The position numbers were made by a program, and so were the translations under genes. From Octopus sinensis (taxonomy: Eukaryota), in assembly GCF_006345805.1 (NCBI RefSeq), contig NC_043009.1, forward strand, positions 50,964,001 through 51,028,000: a stretch of DNA of 64,000 nucleotides, read 5' to 3'. Positions 26,881 through 40,342 of this stretch are shown one piece after another (the stretch's first letter is position 1; each line of letters opens with the position of its first letter). The notes under the pieces were generated by a model. That model saw only the letters and a list, made by a program, of their open reading frames with translations. It did not search any database and was not told the DNA's origin.

Positions 26881-27439
26881 TCCGTGTGTAATTTCTTATG
26901 CGTGCGTATGAGTGCATATGTATATAGATAGCTGTCCCTCTACATTCTCTCATTTTCTCTGTTCTATAATATATATATATATATATACGCGTTTGCCTGA
27001 CTCAAGGATATACTAGTTCGCCTGTTGAAAACCTGACTTCCCTTTTTAACCTCTTTCTCAATCATATGAAGAGTCGTGTTGCATTTGCCTGAACGTAAAC
27101 AGTTAGGTGAAAAAAAAAAACGTAGACCTTACTTTAGAATTATAGAATGAATCACCAGGAGGTGTAGATTAGACAATTAATTTTCAATGGAGAAATATGC
27201 AACACACAGTGAAGCATATGAATTAAACGTATTTATTTAATAAATATTTGCCTAAAAAGAATTTCAAGTTATAATATAGTTCGTGACTCAAAGAAAGACG
27301 AGTAATAACGTTCTATGCAAACGATTAATTCTATGCTGTAAAGAGTGTTTGATAGCTTTCATCTCAGTGTTACTTAACGTAGATTATATATTACGTAATC
27401 TTTATCTCCGTGTTACGTAAATATTATAGGTATCATATG

Positions 27440-27742
27440 TTGTTTGTTCCTTCTCGAGCCACTCCTGGCTCATAAGGGCCGGTTTTCCCGGTTTCCTTGG
27501 CGTGTAGGTTCCCCACCTTGACGGGCCGCCGGTCCGTCGCAGGTGAGCTGCAAGAGGCAGGAGGAAAGAGTGGAAAAAAATTGTGGCGAAAGAGTCAGCA
27601 GAAGTTCGCCATTACCTTCTGCCAGAGCTGCGTGGAGCTTAGGTGTTTCGATCATAAACACACATATCGCCCGGTCTGAGATTCGAACCCGTGATCCCTC
27701 GAACGCGAGTCCGCTGCTCTAACCACTAGGCCATGTGCCTCC
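27440..27742 (-). mobile_element. SINE family E, full length
   Basis: A-box TGGCCTAGTGG (27723-27733), B-box GGTTCGAATCTC, tail ...ctcgagaaggaacaaacaac. Confidence 0.9.
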
Positions 27743-28269
27743 ACTGGGTATTATATGGAACCAGCTCAGCCCTTAACAAGCAGATTTCTATGATGAAGTG
27801 TATCTCGATAGCGACCATCCAATCTTTTTGGTCGAACATGGGCACTTAATGATCATGTCCTTCTTTTCTGAGACAGTAAGGTACGATTTGAGGCATATTT
27901 TTTTTATTTGACTGTAATTACTAATAGGGCTAATGAGCACGTACATGCTCTATCGTTATGTCAAGCAACAATGAATCGAGGATGTGGGATGGCAGAGCAG
28001 AATGGATGCTGGATCGTGGACTGCAGTGATGATTGTAAAGGCTGCAAAGACGTGAGATTGGCACATTCACACCAACAAGTTGAATTGCTAAATTGACAGC
28101 GATCTGGTGTGAATCATATTAACCCTGAGACTCCTGCCAAATCGCCAGTGCAGTTGCATCATTCAGAAACTGAATGTCGTTGTGCCCTGGAAAATTCCTA
28201 CATTTTTCAGGAAGTTCTGAGGTCGACTATCGATGATGAGTTCGTCGAGTCTTATCTGAGATGAATTAA

Positions 28270-28427
28270 CGTATTTTCCGGCATACAAGTCGAGTTTTTT
28301 AGATTAAAATTTACAATAAAAAAGGGTATCTCAAAAGTTCTGTACGAAATCCTGTAGAAGTTTGGAAAATAGGGATGATATTGCAATGTTTACACTATTA
28401 CGTTCGACTTGTATGCCGGAAAAAGAG
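28270..28427. mobile_element. pogo-like MITE
   Basis: TIRs cgtattttccggcatacaagtcga (28270-28293) and tcgacttgtatgccggaaaa (28404-28423), with 20 bp perfectly inverted. Confidence 0.75.
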
Positions 28428-28849
28428 ATATTCAGAGATAAAGAGTTTCGCACAACATCCTGTTGTCAATCGATCAGGCGGAAGGTTTCCGTCGACGGCT
28501 CAAATTATTGATAAAACGCATATCAGTCCGAATTAAACAGACAAACGTTCTCTTTAATTAAGAGGCATTCTAGTCAAGACCATCTCGTTTTCTTTATATC
28601 AAGGACTGCATATATAAAGCATTTGAGATGGTAGATATGATTCGAGGAACTTGGTTGCTTTTACTCGTAAGTCGAGTGACAACGTAGAAAACCCATTGCT
28701 AAAGACCAACAATATCCGGCTCATATTTCATTCGTCCTACTATGAGAGCGTTGGTATATGAGATACTTAGAAGGTGACTAATAGGGAAAGAGCTGACATG
28801 TGTGTGTGTGTGCAAAATTAATAATAGAGAAACGAAAATATAACTTTGG

Positions 28850-29165
28850 AAACAGCAACGACGCCATAACTTACGTGGAAACAATGAGCGTGATTTCAAG
28901 GGAGATAATCAGAGAAAGATAATCAATATAAGATCGTAATACTTCATATAAAGTAAAGTGAACATAGCAATTAATCCAGAATCCTTGTCCGGTACCAGAT
29001 CGATCCCAAAATCTAATCAGTTCGTGCCTGCCACGAAGCCAAACATACCTGAAAGTTTCATTCGGATCTTTACAGAAGTTCTTGAGATAATTTGTCTACG
29101 GCCAAACAAACAAACACGATTGAAAAAAACAATACCTCCACCTTCGCTAAGACGGAGATAACAAT
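28850..29165 (+). mobile_element. Possible Helentron-associated (HINE-like) non-autonomous element
   Basis: Short (CAAA)n run followed by a terminal stem-loop ctcc-accttcgctaagac-ggag. Based on architecture resemblance only. Confidence 0.35.
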
Positions 29166-29466
29166 GCTCGCTTATTAAGCAAAACAGTGCAGTACGACCA
29201 GCCATATGACCAACCATCAGGTTTATTAATTTGCATAATCTTGGTATGGTCTTAAACTTATTTTGACGACAATTCTAATCACTTGAATTAATTGCGCATT
29301 AAAATTAGTCGAATTGTAGAAAGATAGATGACGCCTTTATCATTCGAAAGAGAAAACAATTCTACATAAACTGTAAAAAGCAAAATAATTTTATACAGTT
29401 TTGTTAAAAATATATTACTGAAGGAAAAGAACTCATCATCAGTCTTAAACTTATTTTGGCCATACA

Positions 29467-29510
<44 letters not shown>

Positions 29511-29739
29511 CATGTATGTATGCATCTCTTACTCCTGTCTCCTGACTTTCATTTCCGATGTTCCTCTATGTTCCTGCCTTTCACTCCACACACGCCAGCT
29601 CAACTTGATTCGTCTCTATTAGTCGAAAGACAACATTTTTATTTTCTTGCTATTTGTATTTGTAATTGAGTAACATTTTCTCCCTTTTTTACGTTTTTTT
29701 TCTCTTTGTTGTACACATTCGCTTGGTTTCTCCCAAAAT

Positions 29740-29978
29740 ATTTACTGCTCTCAGCTTAGATTTTTAGGGGCGAGCCAGATTTAAACAATCTCAAGTGTAA
29801 CCGGCCGAAACTGTAAGGATAATCTGGAAACTTGACTGATGAGAGAAGGCCACGAATGGCCCGTCCTTGTTTTGTGCTGTCCGTCTTTTTCTTGTTTTTT
29901 CTGTCCGTCTTCGTATCGTTTGTCTGTCCGGATGTTTTAGTGTCGTCTTTTGCGTTCTTGTTACCCTTTTTTTGGATT
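29740..29978 (+). mobile_element. Penelope-like terminal region ending in (TA)n
   Basis: GAAAC...CTGATGA motifs, a ggcca-cgaa-tggcc hairpin, and a T-rich tail running into TA repeats. Confidence 0.4.
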
Positions 29979-30040
29979 ATATATATATATATATATAGTA
30001 TTATATTATATATATATATATAATATATATAGATATTTAC

Positions 30041-30071
<31 letters not shown>

Positions 30072-30478
30072 TGTATGTATGTATGTATGTATCTGTATGG
30101 TATGCATGTATGCATATATGTATGTGTATGGTATTCAATGTTTAATAGAAAATACACTCGCGTATAGAACGGCAATAACTTATTCTCGGAATTTATGATT
30201 TCCACAAATGATTTACAAGATTGTTTCACAAGGGAGATAAAGACAGAATCAGACAAAACAATAACAATGATTAACACCAATAGTTGTATTTACAAGACTC
30301 GATGCAGGAGTGGAGAGTGGAAGTCAGAACAGAGCTCAATCTATGCTTATGTGTCGTGCTTTACTGTGCCGTCTTTGGATACATTTACAATATCGTGTGT
30401 TTGTGTAGCTAGCTAGATATATAGAGATAAATAGACAGAGAGAAAGACAGATAGATGAATGGATAGATAGATAGATAA

Positions 30479-30564
<86 letters not shown>

Positions 30565-30566
<2 letters not shown>

Positions 30567-30742
30567 GGGGAAATTTCCCAACAAAACACAAAAGACGGAG
30601 ACAGGTGGTGTAGACAACAAACAGATGTATTAGTATAACGCTCGAGGAGTGAATAAGTCTTTAACGTTTCGAGCCTACGCTCTTCCACAGAAAGGAACAC
30701 AGAAAAAAACAAGGAGAGAAAATAAAGAATGTGTAGTGGCTA
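30565..30742 (-). mobile_element. Penelope-like terminal-repeat element inside (GATA)n
   Basis: Homologous to 6010-6211; GATA repeats on both sides. Confidence 0.6.
30659..30694 (-). ncRNA. Minimal type I hammerhead-like motif (core CUGUGGA)
   Basis: Minus strand reads CTTT-CTGTGGA-A-GAGC-GTAG-GCTC-GAAA-C-GTT-AAAG. Confidence 0.55.
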
Positions 30743-30750
30743 GATAGATG

Positions 30751-30784
<34 letters not shown>

Positions 30785-30785
30785 C

Positions 30786-30866
<81 letters not shown>

Positions 30867-30891
30867 GATAGATAGATGGATGGATGGATAT

Positions 30892-30960
<69 letters not shown>

Positions 30961-31107
30961 ATTAAATAACCTTTATTATACTATGAAAAACTGGAGTCCA
31001 AGATTAGTCAGCCGAGTCTCGCAGTATTTTTCCTGAAACTTGGTGCTCCGAATTCAAATCATATTTCATTGTCACAAGATAAACAAACAAACAAATAAAT
31101 GAATGGA

Positions 31108-31142
<35 letters not shown>

Positions 31143-31429
31143 AGTATGAATTCAGGGCGGTGGATTAGCAGAACTGCATTTCTACCATCTTATTGCCTTC
31201 TAAGTTTACATCTGAGTATAGCCTGTTTAACACTCAATTTAACACCACTATCTACCACATTAAGCTTGGCTGTGAGAATTCGAGCCATGTCTTCGGGTTG
31301 AAAATGTTTTCCTGTCTCCTCCTCACTCAGTCTCAAAGACCCTTTGAAGACTCATAGACGCTGCTTTCTCACCTAATCAAAAAGCTGTGAAAATATTAAT
31401 GTCAATATTTTATGCCAGAAACTTTAGCG

Positions 31430-31615
31430 CGCCGGGTGACATGCTTAGCGATATTTCGTCTGTCTTTACGTTCTGAGTTCAAATTTCGCCGAGGTCGACT
31501 TTGCCCCTCATCCTGTCGGTGATCGATAAATTAAGTACCAGTTGCGTACTGGGGTCAATATAATCGACTGGTGCCCCATCCCCCAAATTTCGGGCCTTGT
31601 ACCTAAAGTAAGAGA
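31430..31615 (+). mobile_element. SINE family C, followed by a degenerate family A copy (about 31635-32000)
   Basis: gttctgagttcaaatttcgccgaggtcgactttgcc..., then aaccacatggtttcgggttcagtcccac. Confidence 0.75.
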
Positions 31616-33015
31616 ATATTTTATACAAGTTCTATTTGAAACCACATGGTTTCGGGTTCAGTCCCACTTCACTGCATTTTGGTCAAATGTGTTCTCTTAT
31701 AGCTCGAGGTCGACCAATAGGTTGAGACTAAATTTGGTAGATGGAAGCTATTGTGGAAGTCAGTCTTATATGTAAATGAGTGCGTGTGTAAGTATGTATG
31801 TGTGTGTGTGTGTGTGCGTGAGTGTGTTTATGTGTCTTTTTTGTAAGTCTGCCTTTGTCACACACCACGAGCGATTCAAAATCGGTATTGCTTTCTTTAT
31901 ATACCCATAACGTAGCGGTTCGGCATAAACGAAAAAAAAAAATCGTACTGAGCTTGAAAAGGAAAAACGTAAGTACCAAGGTCAGTTTCTTCGACTAAAA
32001 CCCTTCCAAGAGGTCCCTCCCTCCGCCCCCACATAACCGTAATGAAACGACTGGAATAAGTAATAGATTAAACGATAAAAGAAGAGAAAACGAAATACGA
32101 GAAGCTACAAATAAAACTACGCCAAAATAAAGAAACCAAAATGAACGAAATTATATTCATGTATGTTACAAAATGTGACTGCAAACTAAAGGAGCCTGCT
32201 TTAATTTAAACGTCTGTAGAAAAAAAAAAAATAAAGCATAAAAGGAAAATGTTTCTTCAAATGTTTCTTCCAAATGTGAAGTAATCTGGGGTACTTCAGT
32301 AAATACGTCTCTTAATAGAAATATTAATAAGTACAGTTTGTCGCCATTTTATGCTTATTATATTAATATACGTATAGCTAATTTCATTTCTATACATCAA
32401 TTATTTGACAATCACTAGTTCTGTGTTGTGTATGTATGTATGTATGTATGTATGTATGTATGTATGTATGTTTTTATGTATGTATGTATCCATATATGTA
32501 GGCATTTAAGTATATATGCATGTATTCATGTATGTATATGTATGCATATATCCATGTATGTATGTATGTATGCATGTTTTTATGTATGTATGTATCCATA
32601 TATGTAGGCATTTAAGTATATATGCATGTATTCATGTATGTATGCATATATCCATGTATGTATGTATGTATGTATGTATGTATGTATGCACAAATGAATG
32701 TATGTATGTACGGATGTATGCATGCGTGTATGTCCGAACGTATGTAAATGTATGCACATAAATATGTATACACATATACGTATGTATCAATGTATGTCTA
32801 TATATAGAGGTAAGTACATATACATATGGATTTTATATACATATTGTATGCGTGAACGCATGCTTGAAAGTATATGTGTGTGCATGCATATGATTATACA
32901 CACACACACACACACATATATGCAGGTGTACTTATCATTGTGTGTGTGTATGTGTGTGTGTGTGTGCGCGGAAGTACGTTGATATATATATCATATATAT
33001 ATATATAATATTATT

Positions 33016-33081
<66 letters not shown>

Positions 33082-33215
33082 TATATTAGGACTGACATGC
33101 ATCGACTTATGAGTGTGTGTATTTTGTATTACATATATATACGTGCATATATGTGCATATATGTATATGTGTGTATGTTTGTATATATAAAATATACGCA
33201 AATGCGCATGTATTT

Positions 33216-33246
<31 letters not shown>

Positions 33247-33356
33247 ACATATATATATTACATATATATACATGCACACACACACACACACACATATATA
33301 TATTAATATGTATATGCATATATATATATATTATGTATATAAATATATATATATAC

Positions 33357-33388
<32 letters not shown>

Positions 33389-33426
33389 GTATATATATGT
33401 GTGTTATATATTATATATTATATATA

Positions 33427-33476
<50 letters not shown>

Positions 33477-33482
33477 ATATAT

Positions 33483-33527
<45 letters not shown>

Positions 33528-33920
33528 GAAACAGAGAATATGATAAAAGCATGAGAGATTTTATTTCTACATACATCTACAGTAACGATTATCGCCTCCA
33601 TAGATGAATATAAACAAAAATTGTTTTCCACTCTTATGCCCTTTCTATGTCACATGGGCAATTATGTATAAGCATGTGATTGCGCTTGCGCGCGCACACG
33701 CACACACGCACACACGCGCTTGACTATTTGTGATGTTCATTTTGAAGTCGTTAATCCCATTATCTGGTGGTTCGGCCTAGGTGGCCGATGCAAGTAAGTT
33801 TGAGTCTTACTGCAGAGTAAATACCGCGTAAATAAACTCCGAATCTACGCGGTAGTCACTCGTAATCAATCTGTTCAACCCTTATCTAATATATATATCT
33901 ATATATATATATATTATATA

Positions 33921-33971
<51 letters not shown>

Positions 33972-34080
33972 TGTGAGTGTGTGTATACATGTATGTATAT
34001 GTATATATACATATATGTATATATATATACATACACGCGCACCCACCGATACATACGGTCTCACATCTACATACATACAT

Positions 34081-34123
<43 letters not shown>

Positions 34124-34142
34124 TATATATATTATAAATAAT

Positions 34143-34283
34143 AATTTAGGCTATCTAAGAGATACTACCACACTGAAAATAGCAGCCAAAACCTGACTCT
34201 AAAACCACATTAAATATTCAGTTTTAGAGTCATATTTTGGCTGCTGTTTCCAGCGCGGTGGTATCTCTTAGATACCCTAAATT
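34143..34283. repeat. Imperfect palindrome with 63-bp arms and a 15-bp loop
   Basis: 34143-34205 pairs with 34221-34283, with scattered mismatches. Confidence 0.85.
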
Positions 34284-34379
34284 AAATTTTTAATAATAAT
34301 CATTACCCTTGAAGGTTTTTATTCCCATGTTGGTCACCTGAGAAAATCGATATTTAAATAACGATCTTATCCTTATACA

Positions 34380-34436
<57 letters not shown>

Positions 34437-34437
<1 letters not shown>

Positions 34438-34745
34438 GACGAGGGGCCCAGCTGATACGATCAATGGAACAGCTTGCTCGGGAATTTAACGTGCAAGTGG
34501 CTGCACACTCAACAGACCCGTGTACCTTTAACCTAGTTCTCAGGGAATTTCAGCGTGACACAGAATATGAAAACGCTGACCCTTTGAAATAAAGGTACAA
34601 CTCATTTTTGCCAGCTGAGTGGACTGGAGCAACGTGAAATAAAGTGTCTTGCTCGAGGACAGAACGCGTCGCCGGGAATTGAACTCATGACCTTACAATC
34701 GTGAGCTGAATGCCCTAACCACACCACTAAGCCACGTGTCTTCAC
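34437..34745 (-). mobile_element. SINE family D
   Basis: Minus-strand head tggcttagtgg...gagttcaattcccggcgac, with the ttatttcacgttgctccag domain shared with family B. Confidence 0.8.
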
Positions 34746-35595
34746 TTGTATATGTGTGTGTGTGTATGTTTGTATGTATTTATATGTACGTATGTATATA
34801 TACACATATTTATACACAAACACACATATATATATAGAAAAACAGCGGGTTGCAATGTAAAAGGAGAATTACAGTCGTCAACTGAACATGACTAAAGGTG
34901 TCAAGACACCTACATTGCTAAAACTAATAGCTAAAATGCTCTAATGCTCTTATAAAGCACATAACATATACTTTGATAGGTGAAGCACATTACATACATT
35001 GTGATAGGTGAAGTTGCCCGGAATATGCCGAACGAGCTGGCCTTACTGACGATGGCCACGGAAATAGCCGAAACTGACCGGTCAGTCTTGGCAATTCTCG
35101 GCTTGGTGTTTGGGGCGATTACAGCGCGTATCAAAGTATAAGATATGTGCTTCGTAACCAGCATTAAAGCAGTTTAGCATTTATTTCTAGCAATGCAGTT
35201 GTCTTCAAACCTTTAAGCACGTTTAGTTACCGACTATAATCCTTCTCAAATATATACATAAATGTGTGTGTGTGTGTGTGTATGTATGCATGAATGTATG
35301 TACATGTGTATTTCATCATAATCATAAGCATGTGTATAAGAGTGTCTGCGTGTGTGCACGATTGTGAGAGGCTTAGTTGTAGCAACAGTTTAGCAAGAGC
35401 TGGCAGTCAACCTGAGGCGTAATTATAAGAGGATGCAATATTTCCTGAGGTCTATCATAGCAGCTAATTAATGCAAGGGTGCCAAAAGTGATTTTTACTC
35501 CGGGTGACGAGAACGCCCTACGGCGTTCATAACTGTGTATAAATCAATATCATTACCAAAGTCATTCGCATCTACGCACATTATATATATATATA

Positions 35596-35656
<61 letters not shown>

Positions 35657-36168
35657 TACACACACACTCAGAACCACGCATGTATAGAATTACACCGTTC
35701 CTCTTCGTTTATGCATAAATTTTTTATTTCCTTTTTCTCTCTCACACTCTCTCTCCCCTGTTACTTATTGCTGGCTGCTACTACGACGACGAGGAAGTCA
35801 ACGACTACGAGGACGGCGACGGTGTCTGAAATGGCGGTCGTGATGACAACGGCGACGAGAATGGCAATAATATTAATATTAGTTGTCGTGTAGCTACTGT
35901 CTATGGTGCGCAAACACGCAGATATCACATGACTTAGCAGCCAACGTACTAGAAATTTTTTTCCGCTGCTGGGACTTCAATGTTTTTTAACACTATACGT
36001 CTATACGAGACGCTTTCTCGAAACAAACTCCGCGGTATTATAACGTTCTTACAGTACATCCACATTATGTATAATACACATATTACTCTATACATGTATG
36101 TATATGTATATACGCATATACGTGTTGATATGCATTTACATCCACAGCCCCACACGCATATGCATTTG

Positions 36169-36245
<77 letters not shown>

Positions 36246-37232
36246 ATCTCTATATATATGTATCTAGTATGTATATATATACACAATATATATGAGTGTG
36301 TATGTAAACATATAGAATTTGAATCCTCATGTTGTACAGCTCGAGGTCAATCCTGATTATTCAACAGTGCCCTAGCCTTGATGATCCCTGCTTTAATCCC
36401 TAACCAGAAGGTCCAGTTCCTGTAACGGGATGGTGGCTCGTGTGTCACTGACCCACAACAATGATCCTGTCAGCAAAATCCATGGGTATGTCCATGCTGG
36501 ACAGATCAGAGAATAGAGGCCCAACTAATATGGACTTCCTCTTACCAGAGGTAAAATCGGACTTGCGTTGGTCTAACACTCTCTGCCTAGAAAAAAAAAA
36601 AAAAAAGCAAGGATGCAGAGATATCGATGACGATTCAAAACCGACTAGATCTGAGAGCGGAAGGCCTTCCCTAAGGAAAAGAGAGCCCAGAGCCGAAATG
36701 AGTGTAAAAATGTCGCCGATGGCTTATTCAGCACAGAAAACGAAGATCTTAAGTAAAGCAGTAACATATTTCTAGATCAAGATTTATTTAGTATCGCATA
36801 TTTTATTTCAAGACAGCAGGGGGTTGTAATATTCTTCCTGGGAGATCATGCTGCTATGTCTCAGGGCCGACTAGACGATCTTCATTGGCTAAAAATAAAG
36901 ATGTATGAAATACCGGAAGTGTTTTCTTTTTCTTACATTCTTCATTCTTTTAAGCCATCACCTGCAGCAACTTCCTAGATTAATTTCAAAATCTCGAAAG
37001 ACCGATTTCCTATCGAATTTCTCTGCATTTCTAATTCTGGGAGATGGAACTAGATTACACCAGAATTTACCAAATACTTAATCAAGATAAGCCACACATT
37101 ATTGGAAGGATTATGTAAGTCATCTATACTCAGATTAATATTTTTTAGTCCAATACATGATAACACCACACCAAGAAATTTTTTCGTGAGATTACTGATT
37201 GCTCTGGTGATGTATATATATGTATGTATGTA

Positions 37233-37264
<32 letters not shown>

Positions 37265-37424
37265 TCTAATATATATATATGTATATATATATATTTATAT
37301 TACGTATATACATATATATATACATATATGTATATAATATGTATATATGCCTATATATACTTATGTATGTTTGTATATATATACACGCACATATACATGT
37401 AATACATGTAATATATACACACGC

Positions 37425-37473
<49 letters not shown>

Positions 37474-37744
37474 TATATATATATATGTATCTATACATAT
37501 AAGCAGACATACATATATATATAAATATATACAAGCACACACACACACACACATATATATCGATGTGTATACGCTGAATATTTTATACTTAAGTATGTAT
37601 AAATGTGTATACATACATACATGTACATATAGACACGTACGCCCAAGTGTTACTCGAAAACCTTCTCATATCCATTTAATATTTGCATGTAATTACACAC
37701 TTACACAGATTTACATGGATAACAATGCGCGTCAGTTTATATGA

Positions 37745-37912
37745 GGACTTGTGCGGTAAGTAGCTTGCTTACGAACCACATGGTTCCGGGTTCAGTCCCA
37801 CTGCGTGGCACCTTGGGCAAGTTTCTTCTACTATAGCCTCGGCCGACCGAAACCTTGTGAGTGGATTTGTTAGACGGAAACTGAAAGAAGCCCGTCGTAT
37901 ATATATATGTAT

Positions 37913-37989
<77 letters not shown>

Positions 37990-38245
37990 CGTATGTATGT
38001 ATGTATGTATGTATGTATATATGTATGTATGTGTGTGTGTTTGTGTGTCTGTGTTTGTCCCCCAACATCGCCTGACAATCTATGCTGGTGTTTTTACGTC
38101 CCCGTAACTTAGCGGTTCGGCAAAAGAGACCGATAGAATAAGTACTAGGCTTAGAAAGAATAAGTCCTGGGGTCGATTTGCTCGACTAAGGGCAGTGCTC
38201 CAGCACGGCCACAGTCAAATGACTAAAACAAAAGAGTAAAAGAGA
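37745..38245 (+). mobile_element. SINE family A with an expanded internal TA/TATG/TG tract
   Basis: Head, body and tail present. Confidence 0.9.
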
Positions 38246-38280
<35 letters not shown>

Positions 38281-38306
38281 TGTATGTATGTATGTATGTA
38301 TGTATG

Positions 38307-38340
<34 letters not shown>

Positions 38341-39356
38341 TGTATGTATGTATGTGTGTGTGTATGTATGTATGTATGTATGTATGTATGTATGTATGTA
38401 TGCATATATGTATGTATGTATGTATGTATACAATATATATATGTAAATATATTTATATGTATATATATATATGTATGTATGTATGTATGCATGTATGTAT
38501 GTATATATGTAAATGTATGTATATATGTATATGAATGTATCGCGTAGATAGTTGTATGTATTAGTATGTGAACTTGGTAGTGGCTTGTGTGTTAACCTTT
38601 ATCTGTACGTGCGTATATATAGTTTTTGTGTTTGTGTTTGTGTGACTATGTGTTAATATGTATGTGTTTAGATTATAAAGTCCAGGTGCAGTTATCGTCG
38701 CTCATTTTACACGTCCATATCTAGTGAAAGGGAGACGCAGGGAGAGAGAGAGAGAGAGAGAGAGATTTGTTAAGAGAAAAAAGAGAGAAGGAAAGAGAGT
38801 AATATAGTAAGAAAGGGTGCAGAGAAAGGAGTGGGAAATACGTAAACAGAGATTGAAAAAAAAAGAGAGTTGTGAGATTCAGGAAATTTTTGTCATCAAG
38901 ATGGCGCATTTTCATGGTTTTAATGAAACTTTCATCGACTGACTGACTCTGTTGGTCCAGGTCCCAACGGAGTGTCACGCAGATGGAAAAACTACTTCAC
39001 ACCTTCGGAAAAAGACTCTTTTACCGTTGAAAAGCGCCAGCTAGTTATGATTGGTGTTATGGGCGTCATGTCACCTACTTGTCTCTCTCTCGGTGGTTTA
39101 TTCATGGCTTCTCCGAGTTCGTAATAGCTACGAAAGCAACAACAAGAACAACTTCAACAAGAGCTACAGCAACAAAAAGAAAAAAAACATACAGTAAACA
39201 TACTCATACAAGATATATTAAGAAGACGCGGGAAAAATATGTATGCATATGTCTGTATATATAGATATATGTCTATACACATACGTTAATATATATCATT
39301 GCTATTATGAAAATAAATGTGGCAAATAAATGAAATCATCATCGTCGTCGTCGTCG

Positions 39357-39387
<31 letters not shown>

Positions 39388-39390
<3 letters not shown>

Positions 39391-40242
39391 TAGTTTTATT
39401 TTTATAGCGTGCTTTCACTTCACTACCGAGCGCAGCTCTGTGTGCCTTGGGTATGTGCTGTGATTTGTTGTGATGCTCTGATGGTTATTGTATGGAAAGT
39501 GTTCTGCGTAGGATGTGTGCAGTGCCTAGTAGTGCAATTCTCTGTATGTTATATGTGTTTGTAAGTCCTGGTGTTTTTGTTATGTATTTGTCTGAATATT
39601 TTTTTATCATGCCTAATGCACCTACTATGATAGGAATTGTTTCTGTTTTTAGATTCCACATTCTAGTTACCTCTATTTCCAGGTCTTTGTATTTTGAGAG
39701 TTTCTCCATTTCTTTTAGAGACACGTTGTCATCTGCCGGTATTGATACATCAATTAGAAAGCATTTTTTTTCTTCATGATCTCTGACAACTATATCTGGT
39801 CTGTTGGCCTTAATTTCTCTATCTGTGTGTATCGGCATATCCCAGAGTATGGTTGCTTTCTCGTTTTCTGTGACCTTTACTGGTGACTGCCTATACCATC
39901 TTTTTTCTGTTGTTATTCCATAATGTTGGCATAGCTTCCAATGTATGTATGTTCCAACTCTGTCATGTCTGTGAATATATTCCTTCTTATCCAGGACTGG
40001 GCAGCTAGAGATAATATGATTTATTGTTTCTTGTCCATCTCCACATATTCTGCAGTTACTTGTAATATTTCTTTTCATTACATGTTTTTGGTAATTTCTG
40101 GTGGGGAGGCTTTGGTCTTGTGCTGCAATTAAAAATCCCTCTGTTTCTGCTTTGAGTCCTCAGCTTCTCAACCATTGCTGGGATTTTTTTTTGTCTATTT
40201 CTTTTGCGTTTAGTTTAGTCCAGTATTTACCATGAAGGGGCT
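39388..40242 (-). mobile_element. 5'-truncated R4/Dong-like RLE non-LTR retrotransposon (family 1)
   Basis: Encodes KPLHGKY..., a CCHC knuckle CRICGDGQETINHIISSC, RHD, and a PD-(D/E)xK endonuclease RPDIVV...LIDVSIP...KLSKY (ORF 39485-40078). (TTA)n on both sides. Confidence 0.92.
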
Positions 40243-40260
40243 TTATTATTATTATTATTA

Positions 40261-40323
<63 letters not shown>

Positions 40324-40342
40324 CATCATTATTATTATTATT

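Noticed and set aside
27660-27742. tRNA genes at SINE heads (also 7187, 8230, 34745, 58313)
   Set aside because: A and B boxes are present, but there is no complete cloverleaf and each continues into a repeated SINE body.
32470-32660. ~100-bp tandem duplication in TATG-rich sequence
   Set aside because: Ordinary slippage product in low-complexity DNA.
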